This document shows positions 36,014 to 46,028 of a DNA stretch of 58,758 nucleotides, in pieces. The stretch is from Candidatus Woesearchaeota archaeon. GTDB lineage: Archaea; Nanobdellota; Nanobdellia; SCGC-AAA011-G17; JACPIM01. Every line of letters starts with the position of its first letter. Within the stretch, counting starts at the first letter, position 1. A program made the position numbers and the translations under genes. The stretch spans positions 1-58,758 of the forward strand of contig CAYWEX010000005.1 of assembly GCA_964457785.1 (NCBI GenBank), in the 5' to 3' direction. The notes below the pieces were generated by a model that saw only the letters and a program-made list of their open reading frames with translations, was not told the DNA's origin and searched no databases.

Positions 36014-36478
36014 TCATTTCGGCTTTCTTTGCAATTCAAAAGCCTTTAAAATATATTCTTTAACATTTGGTGGGAATTCCATAGTATTAATTTCTTCTTT
36101 TGTAGCCCATTTACAGTCAATAGTATCTTCTAATGGTCGAGCTTCTCCAGATTTATATTTACATTTAAATATCATTGCAACTACATGTTGTCCATTTGAC
36201 CTTACAAAAGTATTATTAGATATAAATTCAACCTTTTCTTCAATTTCTACACCTGTTTCTTCCATTACTTCTTTTTTTAAAGTATCTTCAATTATATTAA
36301 AAACAACATCTTCTTTTTGCCATTCTACTTTTCCACCAGGGACTGTCCATTTTCCAGGTTCATGTTGTTCTTCAAAACTCCTTTGAGAAACCAAAACTTT
36401 ATCCCTTTTGAAAACAACGGCATTAACAAGAATTGAATGCATTGTTTTATCAAATTCCTTGTCTGTTTTTTTATCCAT
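36014..36478 (-). CDS. NUDIX hydrolase
   Basis: WTVPGGKVE..TLKKEVMEETGV Nudix box. Confidence 0.92.
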   Translation of the reverse strand: MDKKTDKEFDKTMHSILVNAVVFKRDKVLVSQRSFEEQHEPGKWTVPGGKVEWQKEDVVFNIIEDTLKKEVMEETGVEIEEKVEFISNNTFVRSNGQHVVAMIFKCKYKSGEARPLEDTIDCKWATKEEINTMEFPPNVKEYILKAFELQRKPK

Positions 36479-36479
36479 T

Positions 36480-37568
36480 TTATATTAATGCTTTAAGATT
36501 TCTTTTAATATTTTCTTTAAATCCTGGAAGATCATTTTTTTTAAAAGAGGCACCTGCTGCTGGTATATGTCCTCCTCCAGAGGCATTTTCAAATCCTTCA
36601 ACTGATTTTTTCATCAATTCTGCTAAATTTATTTTTCCATCTTGTCTTCTTGCATCGGCGGAAAAAGTTTTATCATTCTCCTGCAAAACAATCAGTGTTT
36701 TATTTGGCATTTCTCTAAAACTTATTATTGTTGATAACGGAGAGCCAACTTTATATTTTGGTTTTATTTGATAAAAAACTAAATCTAAGTCTGAATAAGC
36801 TTCTGCTTTTGAAGAAAATTCTTTTATTAATTCTTCTATGCAAATATCTACATCTCTTTTGAATCTTCCTAAATCTGAAATTAAAACTTCCCTTGGTTGT
36901 TTGGATTTGGACAATATTTCAAAGCATTCTTTATAATTTGAAGGATCAACTATCATTGCAGAACTTAAATATGAAGATATTAAACCTAAATCAGACTGCC
37001 ATATATTTTCCTCAGATCTTAATTTATATTTTTGCACTACTTGATCTACAAAATCTTTCCAAGTTTTATATGAACTGTCTGCAATTACGCCAATACTACA
37101 TATCCAGTCTAAGTCATGGACATCAACAAAATCAGAAGCTAAATCGAAAACTATTTTTGAGGTTGGATATTGGGCTGAGGCAATATCTGAAAACTTATTT
37201 GGTTTAATAAATAAAATTCTTTCAGAACTTAAATCTCTTACGATTTGGTGATGATCTATTACTAATGTATCATATTTAGTGAGCTCTTCCAATGTATTTT
37301 TGTCTGCATTATCTATTGCAATATCTAAAACAATCAACTTATTTATTTTATTTTCCTGCAAAAATCTTTTATTTTCTTCACTAATTCCAGGTTTATTTGT
37401 TTTTTCTGCAATTAGATAGTCTATACTTCTTCCATTTTGTCTTTCAAATATTTTAGAAAACAAGACAGAAGAACAAATACTATCAGAATCTGGACCACAA
37501 TATACCATTACTTTATCTTTTTTAGAAATTTTTCCAAGATATTCTTTAAATTCTTCTGATATTTTCAT
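36480..37568 (-). CDS. DHH/DHHA1 family phosphoesterase (RecJ-like)
   Basis: DSD motif I, LDI, IDHH, GVIAD, GGGHIPAAG. Confidence 0.9.
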   Translation of the reverse strand: MKISEEFKEYLGKISKKDKVMVYCGPDSDSICSSVLFSKIFERQNGRSIDYLIAEKTNKPGISEENKRFLQENKINKLIVLDIAIDNADKNTLEELTKYDTLVIDHHQIVRDLSSERILFIKPNKFSDIASAQYPTSKIVFDLASDFVDVHDLDWICSIGVIADSSYKTWKDFVDQVVQKYKLRSEENIWQSDLGLISSYLSSAMIVDPSNYKECFEILSKSKQPREVLISDLGRFKRDVDICIEELIKEFSSKAEAYSDLDLVFYQIKPKYKVGSPLSTIISFREMPNKTLIVLQENDKTFSADARRQDGKINLAELMKKSVEGFENASGGGHIPAAGASFKKNDLPGFKENIKRNLKALI

Positions 37569-37570
37569 TC

Positions 37571-38623
37571 TTATTCCTTTAAATCGATTAATATTTGATC
37601 ATACCGTCTGTTTGGTTTTCTTTCATTTGTGGCAAGATTCATGTTTTTTAATTGACCTAAATAGGCTGAAACTGTACTTAGATTCATATTTAAAGCCTTC
37701 GCTATATTTAAAGAAGTATTATTTCCATTACAAAGCCTTAGAATTTTAATTTTGTTTTCATTAAGATGTTTTATTTTCATATTGGATTTATCTTGATGCA
37801 ATAATATTTTATTTTTTACATTTTTATTTTCCTTAATTGATTTTTCAATTTGTAGGAAATATTCTATAAAGTTATAGGATAATAATTCAGTTATAATTTG
37901 CTTGTCACTTATTTTTAATTTTCTTAAAAAAGATTCCTTTTCAAGCATTTCATTTTTAAATTTAAATTTATCAATTTTTTTGGCTAAAATTTCAACTATT
38001 TCATTTAAAAATGCAGAATTCATTTCTTCTTTTTCAAAATAATTTGTCAAAATATTCTGAATTTCATCTAAACTAGAATTTAGGCTTGGAATTATTTTTG
38101 TTTTAGGACAACGAATAAAAGGAAATGTTGGAGTATAAACTGGTTTTGGAAGTTTAAGCGATGCATCTTCTTTTTTCAATATTTTCTCTATCACTGGGTA
38201 AAATAATTTAAATCTTTCAGAAGTAAAATAAATATCTGGTTTTTCCAAATTAAGTTCAGGATAAAGTTTATCAAAAAAAGTGGCTATCAAATAATCTATT
38301 ATTATATTAAGGAAATTTGACAAAGTCATTTCGCTATAGATTAATTCTTTTACCCCAAACACTTCTTCCAAATTTTTCATAGAAATGTTTGCTAAAATCT
38401 CTAAAAAGAGATTATAATATTCCTTATCTTTTAATAATCTTTTACTAGCTTCACTATAAGTTATAGAATTAAAAGGAATACTACTAGAACTAATTATTTT
38501 CTCAAATATAAAAATGTTTTTTGATATTTCTTTAAATTTATTTGAGCCATATAATTTATCACTAATAAAGTGCTCAAAAGCATAATTATCCCAAAAATTC
38601 ACATAAATTCTTTTAGGATTCAT
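37571..38623 (-). CDS. hypothetical protein with C-terminal helix-turn-helix
   Basis: TSLNIAKALNMNLSTVSAYLGQLKNMNL; start set at MNPKRIY. Confidence 0.7.
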   Translation of the reverse strand: MNPKRIYVNFWDNYAFEHFISDKLYGSNKFKEISKNIFIFEKIISSSSIPFNSITYSEASKRLLKDKEYYNLFLEILANISMKNLEEVFGVKELIYSEMTLSNFLNIIIDYLIATFFDKLYPELNLEKPDIYFTSERFKLFYPVIEKILKKEDASLKLPKPVYTPTFPFIRCPKTKIIPSLNSSLDEIQNILTNYFEKEEMNSAFLNEIVEILAKKIDKFKFKNEMLEKESFLRKLKISDKQIITELLSYNFIEYFLQIEKSIKENKNVKNKILLHQDKSNMKIKHLNENKIKILRLCNGNNTSLNIAKALNMNLSTVSAYLGQLKNMNLATNERKPNRRYDQILIDLKE

Positions 38624-38915
38624 ATCAAAAATTAAGAAAAAGTGATTAAAATTTGGATAAACCAATGCTATTGGAACTGTATTAGTATATATTATGCTCA
38701 AATTTCCCCCCTTATAAATATTCTCTCTTGTTTACATATTTGTAAACTTAATTTATATATAAATGTAAAGCATAACAAAAATATGCTTTATGATAATTTA
38801 AACTTATCTATTGAATTAATCAAATATCCAAGAAAGAAAAGACGCTTGCCCGCAATATTAAATGAATCTTCTGAATTTAAACTTAATAAAAAATATGAAA
38901 TAAGCCCACATAGAA

Positions 38916-39683
38916 ATGGTAATTAATGCTCTAGAAATAGTAAAAGATATTGAAGATCACGAACTAAAAGGATTAGAAAAATTATGTTTTCTATACAGAG
39001 ATTTTGAAGCTAATTTTCATTATGATCCGAATAAGGGGGGCTCTTTTTTTAATAGAGTAAGGCAAATTAGATCTAATAATAGTTCTTTTCAAGAATTATT
39101 AAAAAGAATAGATTCTTTTTATGTGGATTTAGGAATAAATCCAGCAATTTCTTTTAATATAGCCACAACACCCAGAGATTTAGAAAAAAAATTCTCAGAA
39201 GAGTATAAAAAAGATATTATTCACGTTTTTGTTTATAATAAAGATTTCTTGAACGAAAATGGAAGTTTGGACAAAAACATTGATATCTCAATTACTCAGG
39301 ATACTGATGAGTTTGGCAAGGTTTTTATTGAAGTTTTCAAAAATCCGGAAGAAGATATTGAAACGTTAAAGAAGAAAATCCAGTATAATTTTAATTTCCA
39401 GGAAAACCTGCACTTGGTTGGCAGATATGGTGGGCAGTTAGTTGGCTCTGTTGGAAGTATTTGTTTTAATGGTGTTTATGTAATTTATGGTTTAGCAGTT
39501 AGAGAAGAATTTAGAGGTAATGGTTTTGGCAAGGCTATTGCAAAAGTTGCTATAAAAGAATTATTAAAAAATAAACCAAAACTAATTTACTTTAAATCAA
39601 GAAATCAGTTTATTATAGATTCAGCTGCTTGTTTTGGTTTTGAAAAAGCTTATGAGCAAATTTATTTTCAGAGAATAAAATGA
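38916..39683 (+). CDS. GNAT acetyltransferase
   Basis: YGLAVREEFRGNGFGKAI. Confidence 0.85.
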   Translation: MVINALEIVKDIEDHELKGLEKLCFLYRDFEANFHYDPNKGGSFFNRVRQIRSNNSSFQELLKRIDSFYVDLGINPAISFNIATTPRDLEKKFSEEYKKDIIHVFVYNKDFLNENGSLDKNIDISITQDTDEFGKVFIEVFKNPEEDIETLKKKIQYNFNFQENLHLVGRYGGQLVGSVGSICFNGVYVIYGLAVREEFRGNGFGKAIAKVAIKELLKNKPKLIYFKSRNQFIIDSAACFGFEKAYEQIYFQRIK

Positions 39684-40570
39684 AAATATTAATTTTAGAA
39701 GCTGGGGGTGGCTGCGGAATATCAACTATACAGATAGTAAAAGAATCTTTACCAAAAATTTGGGTGGTGGCTGCGGATTGCAACAAGTATGCCCGGGGGC
39801 TATTTTTAGCTGATAAAAAAGTTATACTTCCTAAATCCTCAGATAATAATTATTCGGAATCTTTAATAAATTTATGTAAAGAAGAAAATATTGATCTTAT
39901 AATGCCCACATTCGAAAATGGTTTTGAAAAAATGCAAAATCTTGAGCTTCCCTTTATTACTGATTTTGAGAGCGCAATTTTATGCAAAGATAAATTAAAT
40001 TTTTCAAAGATAGCGAGAGAAAATCATCTTAATGTGCCAAAAACAGAACCTCTTGAGAAAACTGATATATGCCCACCATTTTTTGTTAAACCCCGATTCG
40101 GTTCTGGCGGTAGAAATATAGGTATTATAAAAAATGAAGAAGATAAAAAATTCTTTTTGAATCAAAATATTGAGTTTATAGCACAGGAATTACTATTTGG
40201 AGAGCCTTGGAATATTGATGTTCTTGTCAAAGAAAATAAATTTATCACTGCTGTTCCGCGCAGAGATATTTTAATAAAATCAGAAGAATCACTTACTATT
40301 GAAATTAGAAAAAATTATAAATTATTAGAAGCCGCCAAGATAATTCAAAAAAGATTAAATATAAAATCTCCATTTAATATTCAGGGTTTTTTACATAATG
40401 ATAAATTTCTCATTCATGAAATTAATGTCAGGTTTGCAGCGGGAATAATTTTTTTATATCACTCGGGAATAAATTTCCCAAAAATACTAATCGAAAATAA
40501 AATTATAAATGAATTAGAGGTTAAAGAGGGGGTTTATTCCAAAATACCCTTTGTTAAAAAAATAATATGA
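39680..40570 (+). CDS. ATP-grasp ligase (PylC/CarB-like)
   Basis: FVKPRFGSGGRN, FIAQELL, NIQGF, IHEINVRFAAG. Confidence 0.88.
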   Translation: MKILILEAGGGCGISTIQIVKESLPKIWVVAADCNKYARGLFLADKKVILPKSSDNNYSESLINLCKEENIDLIMPTFENGFEKMQNLELPFITDFESAILCKDKLNFSKIARENHLNVPKTEPLEKTDICPPFFVKPRFGSGGRNIGIIKNEEDKKFFLNQNIEFIAQELLFGEPWNIDVLVKENKFITAVPRRDILIKSEESLTIEIRKNYKLLEAAKIIQKRLNIKSPFNIQGFLHNDKFLIHEINVRFAAGIIFLYHSGINFPKILIENKIINELEVKEGVYSKIPFVKKII

Positions 40571-40968
40571 ATTATGTTGGACTTATTTTGGAAAAAGAAG
40601 ACGGAAAGATATTATTTCAATTAAGAGATAATAAGCTTGGAATTTTAAATCCTAATAAATGGTCACTTTTTGGTGGTGGTATAGAAAAAAACGAAGAACC
40701 TAGACAAGCAGCAACCAGAGAACTATATGAGGAGCTTGGAATAAAAAGTAATAAAAATCAATTAAAATTATTTATAACTTTCTACGGATTTAAAAAAACG
40801 CGATATATATACAAATTAGAAGATAATAATTTCAAATTAAAACTAAATGAAGGTTCTTCAATGGGGTATTTTTCGCCAAGAGAGATGCTTTTTAAAAAAA
40901 ACGTTGTCCTTTCTTTGAGATTGTTTCTTTTGATTTATCCTTTTTTAAATCTAATAGTAAAAAAATAA
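40567..40968 (+). CDS. NUDIX hydrolase
   Basis: LQLRDNK..WSLFGGGIE..EPRQAATRELYEELG. Confidence 0.9.
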   Translation: MNYVGLILEKEDGKILFQLRDNKLGILNPNKWSLFGGGIEKNEEPRQAATRELYEELGIKSNKNQLKLFITFYGFKKTRYIYKLEDNNFKLKLNEGSSMGYFSPREMLFKKNVVLSLRLFLLIYPFLNLIVKK

Positions 40969-40970
40969 AA

Positions 40971-41471
40971 TTATAAATCATCACTATAATCAGGATCTGG
41001 TTTTTCATGAAACTCAATCAACTGTTCGTTATCTTTGGAAGAAATCATATTAATATATCTCCAAGCTATACTTAGAAATATTTCTTTATTTTTTCCTATA
41101 ACTTTAGACAGAAAGTTTCCAGGATCATATGAAAAAAGAGCCCCAATAACCTGTTTACCAAATTTTATTCGTTTATTTGAAGGTAAACTGCGACCATAAA
41201 ATCTTACATTATCATTAAAGATTACTGTTGGTTCTCTTTGTCCCTGATTAACTGAAATTGATTTAATGCAATTTTTAGGAAAATTTGTAGACAATTCAAC
41301 CCCCCTAGGAGTTATTTTTAAAAATTTATAATTGTCTTTGTCAATACCTGAATAGACTACAAATTCAGAAAAGTTTACAGTTATGCCTTCATATCCTTTT
41401 TCTGATTCTTTTACTCTTAATTCTAAGCTCATTTTATGCTGCTGACATATAGCTAGAAAAGACTTTATCAT
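40971..41471 (-). CDS. hypothetical protein
   Basis: 166-aa ORF; true start probably the internal MSLEL. Confidence 0.6.
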   Translation of the reverse strand: MIKSFLAICQQHKMSLELRVKESEKGYEGITVNFSEFVVYSGIDKDNYKFLKITPRGVELSTNFPKNCIKSISVNQGQREPTVIFNDNVRFYGRSLPSNKRIKFGKQVIGALFSYDPGNFLSKVIGKNKEIFLSIAWRYINMISSKDNEQLIEFHEKPDPDYSDDL

Positions 41472-42240
41472 AATCTATTAAAAGGTTTTCTTTTTGCCTG
41501 TTTGTTAGGCCGTGAACTTGGTTAAAAATCTCAATAAGATTTGAAAAAGTATTTTTAAGTTTATATTTCCAGCAAACCGCTTCATGCAATCTTTTTATTT
41601 GAATAACTTTTGTATAAAGCTCAACCCAATCATTAAATTCGTTAATTCTTCTTTTATCAAAAATATTTAAATTTTTATCAAGATTTTCTGGCTGTCTGCA
41701 ATAAAAAAGTTCTACTGGTAGATTTTCAAGCGCCTTTAGTTTATACAAGTCATCATCAATATAGATTCTTGGCCTAAGTTTTTTAACAAAATAAAACTTC
41801 TCTCTTAAACCTATTTTCTTTTTGTTTTTAGAATCTGAGAAACTAACATTATGCATATTACTAATTAAATTACCATAGTTTTGTTTTATGAAAGCTTCTG
41901 CATATGGATATTCTTCATCTGTTCTTGATGTTATTACAGTAAATCTGAAATTCTCCTTAAATAATTTAAATAAAACTTCTTTACAATTTAAAGGAAGTTC
42001 ATATTCCAAAGTTCTTTTAACAACTGCTTTTGTAAACTCAGCATAAGATAAGTCTTTTCCTAAAGAGCTAATTAACTTTTCAAAACCTTCTTTTTTTGTC
42101 TGACCTAATTTTAAATTTAGATTAAATAATTCTTTAGCATATTTTATCTTGGCTTTATAATTTTGAGCAAGAACACCATCAAAATCAATCCCAATAATAA
42201 AATAATCAGCTATATACGGCTTACTTTTTTGGAAAAACAT
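41434..42240 (-). CDS. HAD-superfamily 5'(3')-nucleotidase-like protein
   Basis: IGIDFDGVLA motif I, ITSR motif II, IYIDDD motif IV. Confidence 0.8.
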   Translation of the reverse strand: MFFQKSKPYIADYFIIGIDFDGVLAQNYKAKIKYAKELFNLNLKLGQTKKEGFEKLISSLGKDLSYAEFTKAVVKRTLEYELPLNCKEVLFKLFKENFRFTVITSRTDEEYPYAEAFIKQNYGNLISNMHNVSFSDSKNKKKIGLREKFYFVKKLRPRIYIDDDLYKLKALENLPVELFYCRQPENLDKNLNIFDKRRINEFNDWVELYTKVIQIKRLHEAVCWKYKLKNTFSNLIEIFNQVHGLTNRQKENLLIDYDKVFSSYMSAA

Positions 42241-42280
42241 TTTTTTAAAAATACCAAGAAGTTTAATAAATTTTCTATAA

Positions 42281-42487
42281 TTAAGCTATTTGTGCTTCTT
42301 CAATGACTTTTTTATTTAATGTTTTACTTGCATTTAATATTTCAACACCCAAAAGCTTGCCATCTTTATCATAATCTAAGAAAATATTTTCATTAATTTC
42401 AACTGTTTTTTTAACTTCCTTATCTTTTATAGGGAATACTAGATAAATGTAAGCTGCGTCCACTTCCTTATCATATTCAATTTTCAT
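42281..42487 (-). CDS. DUF2283-family putative antitoxin
   Basis: MKIEYDKEVDAAYIYL..LDYDKDGKLLGVEILNAS. Confidence 0.9.
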   Translation of the reverse strand: MKIEYDKEVDAAYIYLVFPIKDKEVKKTVEINENIFLDYDKDGKLLGVEILNASKTLNKKVIEEAQIA

Positions 42488-42488
42488 T

Positions 42489-42701
42489 TTATATAATCAA
42501 AGTAACTATCCTTATTAAGTTTTCTTCTTCAACAAAGAATATCCTTATATATTTATTATTTACTTTACCAAAAGCTTCTTTAGTTCCATCACGAGATTTT
42601 TTTATATATTCTGAATAAGATAAAATATGCCCTATTTCTAATTCTGTAATCCCTCTTTGCTTCATTCTCTTTGTAGCATGATCAGAGTAAACTATTAACA
42701 T
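42489..42701 (-). CDS. DUF4258-family RelE-like putative toxin
   Basis: YSDHATKRMKQRGIT..IRIVT; directly upstream of DUF2283. Confidence 0.87.
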   Translation of the reverse strand: MLIVYSDHATKRMKQRGITELEIGHILSYSEYIKKSRDGTKEAFGKVNNKYIRIFFVEEENLIRIVTLII

Positions 42702-42892
42702 TCACTTTTATAATTCAAACTTCTTAATAATAATTACTGAGAAAATTTCGCAAATCTTCCGAAAATAATTAATTAAAACTGCAAATATCCTATTTTTGTT
42801 TTTATATCCGATAAATATTTTACAATTGAAGTAATTAATAAATAATAAAAATAATAGCAATATTTAAATAATCGAATAATTTTATTTTTGAA

Positions 42893-43036
42893 ATGGGATG
42901 TTCAAAAAAAGACATAGATAAGGTACAAAAAGTGTATCGTGAGCAGCTTGCAGTTTTAGAAGCAAAGTGCAAAGAAGGAAATGCATCAAAAGAAGAATAT
43001 AAATTATTAAACAAATTACGTGAAAAAAAGAAATAA
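42893..43036 (+). CDS. small hypothetical protein (47 aa, not in ORF track)
   Basis: manual translation MGCSKKDIDKVQKVYREQL...EKKK; TATA-like TTTAAATA upstream. Confidence 0.4.
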   Translation: MGCSKKDIDKVQKVYREQLAVLEAKCKEGNASKEEYKLLNKLREKKK

Positions 43037-43089
43037 TTTTTAATTTGTCTTATTTTCTATATGTGGTAAGTCATTAATATCAAGTTTTA

Positions 43090-43758
43090 TTATTTTCTTA
43101 GCTGGCTTATCTTTCTAACTTTGTCAATATCTATATCAAATTTTTTTTCCATAAATACTCCCTTAAATGAATCACTGAAATTTTTATCATTTGTAACTCT
43201 ATACAAATTAGACAGATTTTCATAAAGTTGGTTAATGTTCCCAATAAACAGAAATTTTTTTATCAAATCCAAATTGCTATCTTTTGCCAAAGCAGCTATA
43301 TCCCTAAAGTCTGTTAATCTTCCTGAATGTATTTTTGTTACAATTAATAACTCCTTAATTGGAATTCTGGCTAAAACTTCTTTTTCAATTCCAACTATCT
43401 TCTTTTTAAGAGAATTATTAAAAAGCAGATCATAGCTAAATGAAGTACTAGTTGTTCTAGAAGCCAAGGCATTAACAAGAATATCTATGCTTGCATAATT
43501 CTTTTCATACCGGATAAATTTAGAAGAGTAAACGTTTTCCAGCTGCTTTGTTATAGTTTTTCTAAAATCTTGTTTTTTTAGTATTTCTTCAAACTCAGCC
43601 AAATTTTCTGATTTAATAACAATGTCAGCATCAACAGAAAATCTATGCTTAAATGCAGAAACAGCATAACCACCAATAACAATAAAGTCCAAGCCATACC
43701 TAATAAATTCAATTAATATTTCAAAAATATCATTTTCTTTTTTTACTAATTCTTCCAT
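43090..43758 (-). CDS. nucleotidyltransferase, AbiEii/DNA pol beta superfamily-like
   Basis: IVIGGYAV..RFSVDADIV, TKIHSGRLTDFRDI. Confidence 0.8.
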   Translation of the reverse strand: MEELVKKENDIFEILIEFIRYGLDFIVIGGYAVSAFKHRFSVDADIVIKSENLAEFEEILKKQDFRKTITKQLENVYSSKFIRYEKNYASIDILVNALASRTTSTSFSYDLLFNNSLKKKIVGIEKEVLARIPIKELLIVTKIHSGRLTDFRDIAALAKDSNLDLIKKFLFIGNINQLYENLSNLYRVTNDKNFSDSFKGVFMEKKFDIDIDKVRKISQLRK

Positions 43759-44396
43759 TATAAATGATTAATTTCCCTATAGGTTATATTCAATTTCTTG
43801 CCATACATTTCTTTGATCATCTCCAAGGCAGGTTCAAAATTGTAAATATTTTCCTGCATAAAATGTATTGTTTTTTCCAATGGTTCAACATTAAATCCAT
43901 TTTTCTTAATAAATTTAAAATTGTCTGAAAACTCAGCAACAAAAAATGCACCTTTACAAGAATTAATTTTTAATCCTAATCTTTTACAATATTCCAAAAA
44001 AATAGAGTAGTCTTTCTTGTTGACTTTAATAAAAATAGGATAGTATCCCTTATATCTCGCCACATTATATCTTCCTTCTGTCCATAAATAAACTGCATCT
44101 GTTTTTGTAAAACAATAATTTATTCCAAATAATTGCAAAGCAGAGTAATAGAAATTAATATTAGTCAAATTATCCCTTACAAAGGAAATTATTTTTTTAT
44201 AGCTTTCATTCTCTTCATATAAAACAATTCCTCTCCATTTTTCCCTTAAAATTCCTTCTTTAATTAATTCTTTTATCCATTTATATGTCCAGCCATAAGA
44301 CAAGCCAATTCTTTTAGAAACAGAGCTAATGCTATCTTCCTTTCTTACTGATATCAATATTTTTATTACATGTGGGTTTAATAAGGCTATTTTCAT
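43758..44396 (-). CDS. HTH protein, putative antitoxin/regulator of the nucleotidyltransferase
   Basis: SISSVSKRIGLSYGWTYKWIKEL; coupled to the NTase gene. Confidence 0.7.
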   Translation of the reverse strand: MKIALLNPHVIKILISVRKEDSISSVSKRIGLSYGWTYKWIKELIKEGILREKWRGIVLYEENESYKKIISFVRDNLTNINFYYSALQLFGINYCFTKTDAVYLWTEGRYNVARYKGYYPIFIKVNKKDYSIFLEYCKRLGLKINSCKGAFFVAEFSDNFKFIKKNGFNVEPLEKTIHFMQENIYNFEPALEMIKEMYGKKLNITYREINHL

Positions 44397-44418
44397 ACTA
44401 TCATTATAGTGATAGTAT
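44395..44418 (-). promoter_or_regulatory. perfect 9-bp-arm inverted repeat (putative operator)
   Basis: ATACTATCA-N6-TGATAGTAT between a TATA-like box and the start codon. Confidence 0.55.
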
Positions 44419-44461
44419 ATTTAAATGTTTCGCTCGTATGGGGTTTGCTGATATTGAAAAA

Positions 44462-45358
44462 CTAAATATGATAAGTCATCAAAGCCCCATTTAGGTCAAA
44501 AGTAGTATTAAATATATTATTCAGGAAAAACAATATGTGCTTGTCTTGTTTTGAATTTAGGGATTTATTTATTACTTCTCTTAATTCATTTCTTTTTTTA
44601 CCAAATTCCTCAACAGTTTCAAGATTAAACTTGTAAAATGTTTCATAAAAAGAATTAAAAAATTCATTTACTCTCTGATAAATCTCCAAAGTTTCCTTGT
44701 CTAATTTTAGCTTGTTTTCATAAATATACAAACATAAGTCACGATACATGTCGCCTAATTTTTCCAATTGCTCTATAATATGATATAAAGGAGAATTTTT
44801 TTCTGAAATAGATTTTTTATTTAAAATTCTCCTGCAAAAATCAGAGTACTTGTTTATGTTATGGTCTCTTAAAGTTATATTTTTTAGAGAGTCATAATCT
44901 TGCTTTTTTATTGAATCTAGGGAATCATTTGCAACTGACAATAGAAACAAAAAATTTCTTCTTAATACATTTTCAAATTCATGATGTTCTGGTTTTGATA
45001 TCTCTTTAATTATAATAAAATTTTTAGACTGCTCAATAATTTCAAAACCAAGGCAAGTTTTTCGCAATACATCATAAATTGTTTCTAACTGCTTTGGATT
45101 ATTGAAAATTATCTTTACCTGCTCATATCCTGCCTTGTATACTGATCCAATTAATCTGTAAAGCATTAAATCAAGAGAAGAAACATTAATTTCAAGTTCT
45201 TTTTTTAAAATTTCATTTTGAGTAGAAACTATTAAGTTTTCATTATTTTCTGTTATCTCTAATTCATTGCCTTTGTTTAAATTAAATTTTTTAGCCCACT
45301 TGCTAGGCAAAGATATCATTAATGTACTTGGACCAATTTTAGCTATTTTTCTCTTCAT
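44462..45358 (-). CDS. archaeal phosphate uptake regulator (AbrB-like N-domain + PhoU repeats)
   Basis: MKRKIAKIGPSTLMISLPSKWAKK, DHNINKY, LEKLGD. Confidence 0.88.
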   Translation of the reverse strand: MKRKIAKIGPSTLMISLPSKWAKKFNLNKGNELEITENNENLIVSTQNEILKKELEINVSSLDLMLYRLIGSVYKAGYEQVKIIFNNPKQLETIYDVLRKTCLGFEIIEQSKNFIIIKEISKPEHHEFENVLRRNFLFLLSVANDSLDSIKKQDYDSLKNITLRDHNINKYSDFCRRILNKKSISEKNSPLYHIIEQLEKLGDMYRDLCLYIYENKLKLDKETLEIYQRVNEFFNSFYETFYKFNLETVEEFGKKRNELREVINKSLNSKQDKHILFFLNNIFNTTFDLNGALMTYHI

Positions 45359-45360
45359 GA

Positions 45361-45387
45361 TAAGAACCCAGGTTCTTATAATCTCCT
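45361..45387. repeat. palindromic repeat module
   Basis: TAAGAACC-CA-GGTTCTTATAATCTCCT. Confidence 0.8.
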
Positions 45388-45563
45388 GATCTATGAATTC
45401 CTGATGCTTTGATTTTATAATTTCTGAGTTTAAATTATTATATTTGTAGGATATTTAAAGTTTTTGTAAATATTATAATATTATAATCAATTATTATAAT
45501 ATATTAATCAAATATAAATGGTTTTTCTACTTTTAGTGTAATAGTTTCAAAGGAGGCGAAAAT

Positions 45564-46028
45564 ATGATGAGGAGAAAAGAACTAATGATCTTATCAAATT
45601 TAAGACAAAATGGAAGAGAGAAATTAACTGCAATATCAAAGGCAACCAGCATTCCTGTAAGCACTATTTTTGACAAGATAAGAAATTATGAAGAAAACGA
45701 TGTAATAAAAAGACACAGCTGTTTATTGAATTTTAATAAATTAGGGTATGACATAGATGTTTTAATTTTGTTAAAAACTGAAAAAGAAGAAAAAGAGAGA
45801 TTAAGAGAATTTCTTGATGAGCAGGACTGTTTAAACAGCATTTTCAAATTAAGCAACAGCTATGATTTTCTTATAGAGGCTGTATTTACAGATATGCAGG
45901 ATTTGCAGGATTTTGTTGATGATCTAGAGGAAAGATTCAAGCTAATAAGAAATGATGTTTTGCATATTACATCTGATCTGAAAAGAGAGGATTTTCTAAA
46001 AAATCTTTTGGGAGGAAAAAATGATTGA
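45564..46028 (+). CDS. Lrp/AsnC family transcriptional regulator
   Basis: LSNLRQNGREKLTAISK..STIFDKIR HTH plus RAM domain. Confidence 0.92.
   Translation: MMRRKELMILSNLRQNGREKLTAISKATSIPVSTIFDKIRNYEENDVIKRHSCLLNFNKLGYDIDVLILLKTEKEEKERLREFLDEQDCLNSIFKLSNSYDFLIEAVFTDMQDLQDFVDDLEERFKLIRNDVLHITSDLKREDFLKNLLGGKND

Noticed and set aside
21576-42487. C-terminal ..SAA/..QIA endings as ssrA-like degradation tags
   Set aside because: Only three short matches, with no evidence for such a system here; likely chance.
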